In this document: one piece after another, positions 20,022-27,537 of the stretch
How positions within the stretch are numbered: position 1 is the first letter of the stretch
Layout of the letters: every line of letters starts with the position of its first letter
Source of the DNA: Candidatus Poriferisocius sp.
GTDB taxonomy: Bacteria; Actinomycetota; Acidimicrobiia; Acidimicrobiales; Bin134
Reading direction: 5' to 3'
DNA: 64,000 bases
NCBI RefSeq assembly: GCF_965204145.1
Contig: NZ_OZ241977.1
Coordinates: forward strand, 3,487,811 to 3,551,810
Notes under the pieces: model-generated
The model's database searches: none
The model's input: the letters and a program-made list of their open reading frames with translations, nothing else
Told to the model about the DNA's origin: nothing
Translations under genes and position numbers: made by a program

Positions 20022-21413
20022 GTGATCGACGAGTCTGTGGTTTCGAGCACGCTGAGTGAGGCGCTGCGAACAGGAGGCGAGTTCGCCGAGGTCTTTGCGG
20101 AGGATCGGCGCTCGTCGTCGGCGCTGCTGGATGACGGCAAGGTGGAGGAGTTGAGCTCGGGGCGCACCCGGGGCGCGGGGATCCGCGTGGTGGTGGGGGA
20201 GACCACCGGTTTCGCCCACACCTCCGACCTGACCGAGGCCGGTCTGGCCAAGGCAGCTCGGGCTGCGGCGGCCGCCGCCCGAGGCGGAGGCGGAGGCCGC
20301 CAAGTAGTGGCGCTCGACCGGGTTGACGCTCCGGCGCCCAACGAAATCGAGGTGCTGCCCGAGACCGTGGCCAAAGCCACCAAGGTGGATCTTTTGGGCC
20401 GGGCCGACGAGGCCGCCCGGGCGGCGGGATCGGCCATCTCCCAGGTGTCGGCCCGCTACGCCGACGGCCGCCGCCGCATTTTGGTGGCCAACAGCGACGG
20501 GCTGCTGGCCGGCGACGACCAGGTGCGCACCCGATTCGCGGTGTCGTGCGTAGCGGTGGGCGACACCGGCATGCAGACCGGCTTCGAGAGCGTGGGCCGC
20601 CCCATCGGCTTCGAGCTGTTCGACGAGTACGAGGTAGACGCCCTGGCTCGCACCGCGGCCAATCGGGCGCTCACCAAGCTGGCCGCCCAGCCCGCGCCCA
20701 GTGGCTCGATGCCGGTGGTGATCGGCCCCGGCGGCGGCGGCGTGCTGTTCCACGAGGCCTGCGGACACGGCCTCGAGGCCGATCTGGTGGCCAAGCAGGC
20801 CTCGGTGTTCCGCGATCGGGTGGGCGAGCAAGTGGCCCATCCCGAGGTCACCCTCATCGACGACGGCACCATGGCCCGGGAGTGGGGGGCCTACGCCATC
20901 GACGACGAGGGCCGCCCCGCCCAGCGCAACGTGCTCATCGAGAACGGGGTGCTCACCGACTACATGTGGGATCTGCTCCGGGCTCGCAAAGAGGGGCGGG
21001 AGAGCTCGGGCAACGGCCGCCGCCAGAGCTATCAGCACCTGCCCATGGTGCGGATGACCAACACCTATCTGGCCAACGGCACCGAGAATCCCACCGACAT
21101 CATCGCGGCCACCGATCGCGGGGTGTATGTGGCGCATTTGGGCGGCGGCCAGGTGAACACCGCCACCGGCGATTTCGTGTTCGGGATGAGCGAGGCCTAC
21201 CTGATCGAGAACGGCCAGATCGGCCCCCCGATCCGGGAGGGCAATCTCATCGGCAACGGCCCCGAGGTGCTGGCCGGAATCGAGGCGCTGGGCAACGATT
21301 TCGCCATGGGTTCGCCCGGCACGTGTGGAAAGGACGGCCAAGGCGTCCCGGTGGGTGACGGCACTCCCACGCTGCGGGTGGCGTCGATGACCATCGGCGG
21401 AACGGCCGCGTGA
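20022..21413 (+). CDS. tldD: Metalloprotease TldD
   Basis: 463 aa with the HEACGHGLE zinc motif. The C-terminal GTCGKDGQ stretch is typical of TldD. GTG start. Confidence 0.9.
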   Translation: MIDESVVSSTLSEALRTGGEFAEVFAEDRRSSSALLDDGKVEELSSGRTRGAGIRVVVGETTGFAHTSDLTEAGLAKAARAAAAAARGGGGGRQVVALDRVDAPAPNEIEVLPETVAKATKVDLLGRADEAARAAGSAISQVSARYADGRRRILVANSDGLLAGDDQVRTRFAVSCVAVGDTGMQTGFESVGRPIGFELFDEYEVDALARTAANRALTKLAAQPAPSGSMPVVIGPGGGGVLFHEACGHGLEADLVAKQASVFRDRVGEQVAHPEVTLIDDGTMAREWGAYAIDDEGRPAQRNVLIENGVLTDYMWDLLRARKEGRESSGNGRRQSYQHLPMVRMTNTYLANGTENPTDIIAATDRGVYVAHLGGGQVNTATGDFVFGMSEAYLIENGQIGPPIREGNLIGNGPEVLAGIEALGNDFAMGSPGTCGKDGQGVPVGDGTPTLRVASMTIGGTAA

Positions 21414-21453
21414 CCGGTCGCCGATCGCGGACCGGCATCGACGGGACTGTTGC

Positions 21454-22800
21454 GTGAATCCCGAGGAGCTACTGGAGATCGCTGAGCGCATCGTGGGCTG
21501 GAGCCGCGACGGCGAACAGATCGAAGCAGTGGTCGGCCACAGCCAGGAGACCGAGGTGCGGGTGTACGAGGGCGAGATCGAGTCGCTGTCGGTGGCCGAA
21601 TCGCAGGGAGTGGGCATCCGGGTGATCGCCGACGGCCGCCAGGGATTTGCCCACGCGGGCACCCTCGATCCCGATGTGCTGGAAGAGACCCTGGCCGAGG
21701 CCCGCGACAACACCGTGTTCGGCTCTCCCGACGAGTTTTTCGGACTGGCCGAGCCCGACGGGGTGGACCCTCCCGAGCTCGACCTCTACAACGAGGCTCT
21801 GCTGGAGTTCAGCACCGAGGCCAAGATTGACTTGGCCCTGGAACTGGAGCGGTTGGTGCAGGCTGGAGATTCCCGCATCGTGGGGGTGGAATCGGCCGAC
21901 TACGGCGACGCGGTGAGCGCCGATGCCATCGCCACCACCACCGGCATCCGCAGCACGGGGAGGGACACCTCGTGCTATCTCACCGCCTACTCGCTGGCCT
22001 CAGAGGGCGACGAGACCCAGACTGGTTTCGGCTTCTCGGTGGGCCGAGAGCCGAGCACCCTCGATGTTGCGGAGGCGGCGGGCGACGCGGTGGAGCGGGC
22101 CACTCGGATGCTGGGGGCCACCCAGCCCCCCACCGAGCGTGTCACCGTGGTGCTCGACCCGTTCGTGACCGCCCAGTTCCTGGGCATCATCGGCGGCACC
22201 CTGTCGGGCGAGGCAGTGCTCAAGGGCCGGTCGCTGTTCGCCGACCGCCTGGGCGACCAGGTGGCCGCCGCCATCGTCACCCTGGTGGACGACCCCACCA
22301 ACCCGGAGGCATTCACCGCCTCCGACGCCGACGGCGAGGGCCTCGCCACCCGGCGCAACCAGCTGATCGGCGGCGGCGGACTCGAGCGGTTCCTGCACAA
22401 CAGCTACACCGGGCGGCGGTCGGGATCGGCCTCCACCGGGTCAGCGGTGCGAGGCTACGCCAGCACCCCCGGCGTGGGCTGCCAAGCGCTGTCGCTGGTA
22501 CCCGGCGACCGGACGCCCGATGAGCTCATCGCCGGCATCGACAACGGGGTGCTGGTGCAGGGCGTGTCGGGCCTGCACTCGGGGGTGAACCCGGTGAGCG
22601 GCGACTTCTCCACCGGCGCCGAGGGGCTGCGCATCCGCAACGGGGAGCTGGCCGAGCCGGTGAGGGAGATCACCATCGCTTCCACCCTCCAGCGAATGCT
22701 GCTCGACGTGGCCGCGGTGGGATCCGACCTCACCTGGCTGCCGATGAGTTCGGCCGGAGTGTCCCTGGTGGTGACCGAAGTCACCATGTCGGGTGCATAG
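21454..22800 (+). CDS. pmbA: TldE/PmbA-family metalloprotease partner
   Basis: 448-aa TldD/PmbA-fold paralogue lacking HExxxH, immediately downstream of tldD. Confidence 0.85.
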   Translation: MNPEELLEIAERIVGWSRDGEQIEAVVGHSQETEVRVYEGEIESLSVAESQGVGIRVIADGRQGFAHAGTLDPDVLEETLAEARDNTVFGSPDEFFGLAEPDGVDPPELDLYNEALLEFSTEAKIDLALELERLVQAGDSRIVGVESADYGDAVSADAIATTTGIRSTGRDTSCYLTAYSLASEGDETQTGFGFSVGREPSTLDVAEAAGDAVERATRMLGATQPPTERVTVVLDPFVTAQFLGIIGGTLSGEAVLKGRSLFADRLGDQVAAAIVTLVDDPTNPEAFTASDADGEGLATRRNQLIGGGGLERFLHNSYTGRRSGSASTGSAVRGYASTPGVGCQALSLVPGDRTPDELIAGIDNGVLVQGVSGLHSGVNPVSGDFSTGAEGLRIRNGELAEPVREITIASTLQRMLLDVAAVGSDLTWLPMSSAGVSLVVTEVTMSGA

Positions 22801-22815
22801 TCGGTAGCAAGGGCC

Positions 22816-23652
22816 ATGTCGGTCCTGCACGCCATATTGCTGGGCATCGCCCAGGGGCTGACCGAGTTCCTGCCGGTGTCGTCCAGCGGGCACCTCCAGA
22901 TCATTCCCTGGCTGGCTGAGTGGGATGATTTCGAGGGCCGAGACGACCTCAAGAAGGCATTCGACGTGGCTCTCCACTTGGGCACGCTGGTCGGGTTGGT
23001 GGCCTGCCTTCGCCGAGAAGTATGGGCACTGGTGCGTGACGGCATCGCCGCTGTTGTCAGCCGTCGAGGCCCGATGACTGATGAGGGTCGGCTGGCGTGG
23101 CTCTTGGTGCTGGCCACCGTGCCGGCCGCCGCCGTGGGGGTGGGACTGCGGTCGGTGATCGACGAGGCCGACGACGAGGTGTGGCTCACCGCGGTGATGC
23201 TGGCAGTGTTCGGCGTGCTGTTGTGGTGGGCTGACCGGCGCCAGGGGCGGCGAGAAACCAGTGCCGTCGGGGTGCGCGACGCCGTGCTGCTGGGGCTGGC
23301 CCAGGCCTGCTCTCTCCAGCCGGGAGTGTCGCGGTCGGGAGTGATCATCACCGCGGGGCGACTGCTCAGCTTCGACCGGGAGGCGGCGGCCCGCCTGGCC
23401 ATGCTGATGAGCGTGCCGGTGATCGCCGGTGCCGCGGTGTACCAGTTCATCGACATCGGCGGATGGGGGGGCATTCCCGCCGATGCCCGAGCCGGGTTCG
23501 CGTGGGGTACCGCAGCGTCGGCGGTCACCGGTTTCGCCGCGGTCAAAGGGCTGCTGGCCCTGGTGCGCACCCGCAGCTTCGGCCCGTTCGCGGTGTACCG
23601 GGTGTTGGTGGCCCTGCTGGTGCTCAGCCTCATAGCGGCTTCGGTGCGCTAA
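22816..23652 (+). CDS. uppP: Undecaprenyl-diphosphate phosphatase
   Basis: GLTEFLPVSSSGHL and SRSGVIITAG motifs of the BacA/UppP family. 278 aa, multi-TM. Confidence 0.92.
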   Translation: MSVLHAILLGIAQGLTEFLPVSSSGHLQIIPWLAEWDDFEGRDDLKKAFDVALHLGTLVGLVACLRREVWALVRDGIAAVVSRRGPMTDEGRLAWLLVLATVPAAAVGVGLRSVIDEADDEVWLTAVMLAVFGVLLWWADRRQGRRETSAVGVRDAVLLGLAQACSLQPGVSRSGVIITAGRLLSFDREAAARLAMLMSVPVIAGAAVYQFIDIGGWGGIPADARAGFAWGTAASAVTGFAAVKGLLALVRTRSFGPFAVYRVLVALLVLSLIAASVR

Positions 23653-24290
23653 CCGGATTGCACCAGAGCCAGGGTGACCGAGCCCTGGATCACCGCCGAA
23701 GCGACGGGGAGCAGCTCTTGGTCGGTAACTGCGATGGTGACGGCGTGCTCAGCTTTGTCGGTGACCACCGCGGCGTTGGCCACGGTGAGAGTGGCCTGGG
23801 TTTGGGCACCACTCTCATCGGAGATCGGCAGGGTCACCAGCACGTCCACCCGGTCGCCCGCGGCCAGCGGGGGCATGGCAGTGTGGGCAGGAACGGCCAC
23901 CTCGGTTCGATCACCGATGGGGATTCCCCCCAGTCGGGCCGCGGTCACCACATCACCGACGTGAAGGGCAGCCGAGGCCACCTCGTCGCCGGTAAGGGCC
24001 GACATCGCATCGGGCGGCAGCACTCCCACGGGGTATCGGCGGGTCTCGGTATTTGCCTCGTCCAGTGGTTGTCCGGCCTCAATGGTCTGGATGGCCACTA
24101 CCACGGGGGTGAGTTCCCCCAATGAGGGGCCACCCCCCGCCATCCCGGCGACGGCCGCCACCGCCAGCCCGGTGATGCCCGCGGCCGCGGCCACCACCAG
24201 CCAATAGCTGCGTCGCCCACCGGGCAGCCGGGCCAGCAGAGAGCCCCGCCACGTCAGGGGTTGGTCAACACTTTCAGCAGATGCGTCCAC
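23649..24290 (-). CDS. SAF-domain / CpaB(RcpC)-like membrane-anchored protein
   Basis: One N-terminal TM (YWLVVAAAAGITGLAVAAVAGMA) followed by VVAIQTIEAGQPLDEANT and LHVGDVVTAARL, which resemble a SAF/CpaB beta-clip. No other tad/cpa genes are nearby. Confidence 0.5.
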   Translation of the reverse strand: MDASAESVDQPLTWRGSLLARLPGGRRSYWLVVAAAAGITGLAVAAVAGMAGGGPSLGELTPVVVAIQTIEAGQPLDEANTETRRYPVGVLPPDAMSALTGDEVASAALHVGDVVTAARLGGIPIGDRTEVAVPAHTAMPPLAAGDRVDVLVTLPISDESGAQTQATLTVANAAVVTDKAEHAVTIAVTDQELLPVASAVIQGSVTLALVQSG

Positions 24291-24660
24291 CGGCGCGCCT
24301 CCGCCATGGAAGAAATAGGGGAAGCACGGCCCAGGTTAGCGGCTGAGTGGTGGCGTTTGGAACACACCAGAGAGATTGCCGAATCATGGTTCGGTTGTGG
24401 CGGCTTGGCGTTGGCGCGGTGTGTTCCGGTTGGCCGCGAGGTGGTCCGCCTGGTGGCCGGTTTTCTGGTTTGGAGTGGTGTTCCCGGTTTTTTTCTCAGG
24501 GTTGCCCGGCCTAGCCGCGGTTGTTGCCGGCCGGGGTGTTTTGCCTGGTTGACGCTAGTTTCGCCGGCTTCTCAGCGGGACTGGGTCAGCGGTGGGGGCG
24601 CGGTGGGGTGTGGTTGGGGCTTGACTCCGGGGGGGGTGCGGGGCTGTAGCCCAGTGCGGC

Positions 24661-24906
24661 ATGAGGCGTCGTCTTGTTGTTCTGGCGGTTTGTGTTTGCG
24701 TGCTCGGGGCGGGTCTTGCTCTGGCTGGCTCTGGCTCGGAGCCGGTTGCGGAGGCCCATGATTACACCGTGCCGGTGAAGAGGAAGAGTGTGCGAGGAAA
24801 CATGGAGCGAATCAGTCAACGTCCGAATGAAACCACTCGCAAGCTGGCAACAACTCTATATAGTACGGGCATACAATCGTGCAACCGGAGAGACCATAGT
24901 GTTTGA
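24661..24906 (+). CDS. Sec-type signal-peptide ORF (81 aa) that overlaps the next ORF by 119 nt in another frame. It is possibly the frameshifted 5' part of that gene.
   Basis: MRRRLVVLAVCVCVLGAGLALAGSGSEPVAEA is a classic n-h-c signal peptide in GC-rich DNA. After about 24780 the ORF continues into AT-rich DNA as a hydrophilic, low-complexity sequence. Confidence 0.35.
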   Translation: MRRRLVVLAVCVCVLGAGLALAGSGSEPVAEAHDYTVPVKRKSVRGNMERISQRPNETTRKLATTLYSTGIQSCNRRDHSV

Positions 24907-25252
24907 TGGGATTAACTATACCGTACCGGTCATCGCTGCTGCTTTAGCATGGTTGGCTGGCGGATCTGCACTTGTTGCTTCGGTTAAGGTTGTTGCTACA
25001 CTTGTAGCTGCTTGGGCTCTAGCAGAGACTGGCGTAATCATCTATCGGGAGCAGTCTGGGCAAGACTGGGCGAGATTGTTCCCTGAACAAGCAGCAGTGC
25101 ATACTAATGGCGACAAATACTGTATGCCCGGCACTGATACACACAACAACAAGAAATGGAAGAGGCACCAGGAGTCAGTTACGAGCACTGATCTCGTAGC
25201 TGGTTACAAGACGGAAACAGTTGCCTCGATTAGTTTCTGTAAGGAGGCCTAG
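24788..25252 (+). CDS. Islet ORF1: unknown small membrane protein (about 154 aa, 2 predicted TM, Cys-containing C-terminal tail ...GYKTETVASISFCKEA)
   Basis: Longest ORF in the AT-rich islet. Hydrophobic helices are VPVIAAALAWLAGGSALVASV and VVATLVAAWALAETGVIIY. The tail is conserved with ORF2 at the protein level but not the nucleotide level. Start (GTG 24788) is uncertain. Confidence 0.6.
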   Translation: MCEETWSESVNVRMKPLASWQQLYIVRAYNRATGETIVFDGINYTVPVIAAALAWLAGGSALVASVKVVATLVAAWALAETGVIIYREQSGQDWARLFPEQAAVHTNGDKYCMPGTDTHNNKKWKRHQESVTSTDLVAGYKTETVASISFCKEA

Positions 25253-25256
25253 TTCT

Positions 25257-25544
25257 GTGGTCGACGACATCTGCAAGACGAAGAAGACCGCTTCGCTGAA
25301 TGGTGCTGAGAAGATCTTGGTTTGCATCATTTCGACCATTGTGGTGTTAAGCACCGTTGGATTCTTGCTGGTTTCTCCATACAAATACTACTTGTTAGGG
25401 TTCAACTACGTTCTTGTCGCAATAGGTATCAATTTAGCAATAAAAATAAGATTGAAGCGCCGACGAGAGAGCAGATCAAATGAAAGCGTTGATGGCTACA
25501 AGACACGAACTCAGTCAACTGTCAGCTATTGCAAAGAAACTTAG
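25257..25544 (+). CDS. Islet ORF2: unknown small 2-TM protein (95 aa) with tail ...GYKTRTQSTVSYCKET
   Basis: GTG 25257 lies 9 nt downstream of a perfect AAGGAGG (25241-25247). Two hydrophobic helices are present, and the C-terminal 28 aa are paralogous to the ORF1 tail. Confidence 0.65.
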   Translation: MVDDICKTKKTASLNGAEKILVCIISTIVVLSTVGFLLVSPYKYYLLGFNYVLVAIGINLAIKIRLKRRRESRSNESVDGYKTRTQSTVSYCKET

Positions 25545-25785
25545 AACATTGAAACCACAACAGAACAAGCCTAGGGCCACCACCATAGTCCTCATCAGCA
25601 TTATCCCTGCTGGAATTGTTGGGATATTAGCTGGTATATTGGGAGAGATCCTAGAATACCCAATGTTTTACGTAGTATTTTATCCAATTGTCGTTGTGAT
25701 CGTGATAGTTGCTTCGATTTGGGCACGGGCATGGAAGCAAAGGCACTTAGTTGAAGAGCCCGCCCCACGATCTCCAGAAATATGA
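25480..25785 (+). CDS. Islet ORF3: unknown small 2-TM protein (101 aa from ATG 25480, or 79 aa from TTG 25549)
   Basis: Helices are IVLISIIPAGIVGILAGILGEIL and MFYVVFYPIVVVIVIVASIWA. An ATG 25480 start would overlap the conserved ORF2 tail by 65 nt in another frame, so the TTG 25549 start is a real alternative. Confidence 0.55.
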   Translation: MKALMATRHELSQLSAIAKKLRTLKPQQNKPRATTIVLISIIPAGIVGILAGILGEILEYPMFYVVFYPIVVVIVIVASIWARAWKQRHLVEEPAPRSPEI

Positions 25786-25800
25786 GATACGGTAGCTACT

Positions 25801-26049
25801 ATGAGTTTTGTAAAGAGGTATAAGATCTTGATGGCAACAGGAATAAAGGGATTACTGCGGACAAAGACACCGCGTTCACTCTATTTGGTTCCTGCGTCGT
25901 TTTGTTTTGGATTTATGATTCTCCGAGAATTCGTTGAGGAGAATTTAATTTACTATCCAATATTTTCAACAGTGTCTGTATTGCTTATCTTGTGGGCCTT
26001 TTGGTTCAGGAAACGCACGCTGGCTTTGGCACGCATCAATCAAACCTGA
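25801..26049 (+). CDS. Islet ORF4: unknown small 2-TM protein (82 aa)
   Basis: ATG start with strongly A/T-biased codons. Helices are LYLVPASFCFGFMIL and IYYPIFSTVSVLLILWAFWF, and both termini are basic. Confidence 0.55.
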   Translation: MSFVKRYKILMATGIKGLLRTKTPRSLYLVPASFCFGFMILREFVEENLIYYPIFSTVSVLLILWAFWFRKRTLALARINQT

Positions 26050-26165
26050 ACGTGGCTAAGCGTTAAACTCTATCGATGGTCACGACAGGTCGGTCTTGAT
26101 CGCAGGCGATGTGTTGCTCAGGGTGTCTCCGTTGAAAGCATCGGCAACTTGGGAGGTTTTGTTGG

Positions 26166-26257
26166 GATGGGTTCGGTTTGAGGGCTGTCTGCGTTGTTTT
26201 GCCGTCCTTCTCGTGGTGTAGGCGTGCGGCGCAGGCAGCTCTCAAACCGAACCCATC
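26166..26257. repeat. Long inverted repeat / stem-loop (28-bp arms 26166-26193 and 26230-26257, 36-nt loop)
   Basis: Base-by-base pairing gives 26 Watson-Crick pairs plus 2 G-T positions over 28 consecutive positions. It sits between convergent islet ORF4 and mtnP, and no U-tract follows on either strand. Confidence 0.85.
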
Positions 26258-26297
26258 ATAGCGCTATGGTGTATACGCCGTGGTCTTCGCCGCCCCT

Positions 26298-27092
26298 CTA
26301 GGGCAGGGGTGGGTCGATGTTGTTGGTTTGCGCGGAGCAGTCGGGGAGGTTGTGGGCGATGGCCCGAATGGCGCCGAAGAGAACGGCTCGCATTCGGTCG
26401 AGGTTCTGGGCGAAGAAGGCGAACACCTCATCTTGAGTGACCGGCTGGATGCGGGGATCGTCTTCCAGGCCCGCGTCGTAGTCGGTGACCAGAGCGGCGG
26501 TGGCGTAGCAGATGCCCAGTTCGGCGGCGAGGGCGGCCTCGGGATACTGAGTCATCCCCACTACGTCCCAGCCGTTGTCGCGGAACCAGCGCGACTCGGC
26601 CCGGGTGGAGAAGCGGGGGCCCGAGATCACCGTTATGGTGCCTCCGTCGTGGGCGGTCATGCCCTCGGCCCGGGCGGCCTGGAGCAGTGCCTGGCGGAGC
26701 TCATCGCAATAGGGATCGGCCAGCGAGACGTGGTTGGTGACGGTGTCGAAGTAGGTGTCGGCCCGACCCGAGGTGCGGTCGACCAGCTGATCGCACACCA
26801 CCACATCGCCGGGGGCCAGCTCGGGGCGGAGCGAGCCGCAGGCGCTGGGGCCGAAAATGGCCTGCACGCCAGCCTGGCGCAGGGCCCACAGGTTGGCCCG
26901 GTAGTTGACCTTGTGGGCCGGGAAGCGGTGGCCGGGGCCGTGCCGGGGCAGAAAGGCCACCTCGATATCGTCCACCGAGCCGATGGTGAGCGGACCCGAC
27001 GGTGGCCCGAATGCGTCGTCGCCCGGAACTTCGACTGCGTCGTCTAGCAGGGAATAGAGACCGGAGCCGCCGATGACGCCGATCTCGGGCAT
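26298..27092 (-). CDS. mtnP: S-methyl-5'-thioadenosine phosphorylase
   Basis: 264 aa. Motifs are IGVIGGSGLY, FLPRHGPGHRFPAHKVNYRAN and GMTQYPEAALA. Confidence 0.9.
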   Translation of the reverse strand: MPEIGVIGGSGLYSLLDDAVEVPGDDAFGPPSGPLTIGSVDDIEVAFLPRHGPGHRFPAHKVNYRANLWALRQAGVQAIFGPSACGSLRPELAPGDVVVCDQLVDRTSGRADTYFDTVTNHVSLADPYCDELRQALLQAARAEGMTAHDGGTITVISGPRFSTRAESRWFRDNGWDVVGMTQYPEAALAAELGICYATAALVTDYDAGLEDDPRIQPVTQDEVFAFFAQNLDRMRAVLFGAIRAIAHNLPDCSAQTNNIDPPLP

Positions 27093-27101
27093 GACTGCCA
27101 G

Positions 27102-27470
27102 CTAGTCGTCGGAAGAGCCTGAGGCGGCCTTGGCCGGCTCGCGGCTGGAGGACTCCGATGAGCTGTTGTCGGACTTCTCGGTGCTGGACTTTTCTGACCC
27201 ATTGGAGCTGTCGCCGTTGGAGGAAGAGCCGGCCACAGTGGACGACTTGGCTCCCGAGCGGCTGTCGTTGCGGTAGAAGCCGTCACCCTTGAAGGTGATG
27301 CTGGGGACGCTGAAAACCTTGGCCACTTCGCCCTTGCCAGGCTGGGTGCAGGCGGCGGGGCTGGCGATGGAGTCGGCTTCGGGGCAGCGGGTTAGGGAGT
27401 CTTCGGAGAACGACTGGATGACCTCGAAGCGGGTGCCGCAGGTCTGGCAGCTGTAGTCGTAGGCGGGCAC
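27102..27470 (-). CDS. FmdB-family zinc-ribbon protein with Ser-rich acidic tail
   Basis: The track ORF was trimmed to GTG 27468-27470, giving VPAYDYSCQTCGTRFEVIQSFSEDSLTRCPE... This is the typical FmdB N-terminus (xPxYxYxCxxCG..FE..QS). The upstream part of the ORF is Pro-rich junk. Confidence 0.75.
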   Translation of the reverse strand: MPAYDYSCQTCGTRFEVIQSFSEDSLTRCPEADSIASPAACTQPGKGEVAKVFSVPSITFKGDGFYRNDSRSGAKSSTVAGSSSNGDSSNGSEKSSTEKSDNSSSESSSREPAKAASGSSDD

Positions 27471-27537
27471 GGATTTAAAGGATAGGGGTGGCGGTTGTTT
27501 TTTGGCTATCTGAGGGGTCTGGATCCGTTTCACTACG

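Larger units (their letters stand above)
24780..26260. other. Low-GC genomic islet (foreign composition) without mobility genes
   Basis: Hand-counted GC is 35% (25381-25440) and 40% (25861-25920), versus 63% (23401-23460) in the flank. The transition is abrupt near 24780, and host composition returns at the mtnP stop (26298). Confidence 0.8.

Noticed and set aside
24261-24761. 166-aa ORF spanning the G/T-rich intergenic region left of the islet.
   Set aside because: The translation is Cys/Gly/Trp/Arg-rich junk and follows the strand compositional skew rather than a coding pattern. It overlaps the start of the cpaB-like gene and the signal-peptide ORF.
26063-26245. 60-aa minus-strand ORF between islet ORF4 and mtnP.
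   Set aside because: It is made largely of the two arms and loop of the 28-bp inverted repeat. It has no RBS and no protein-like features.
24780-26260. Calling the low-GC islets (24.8-26.3 kb and 39.0-42.1 kb) prophages, integrative elements or IS/transposons.
   Set aside because: I found no integrase, transposase, terminal inverted repeats bracketing the islets, convincing direct repeats or adjacent tRNA. They are reported only as compositional islets.
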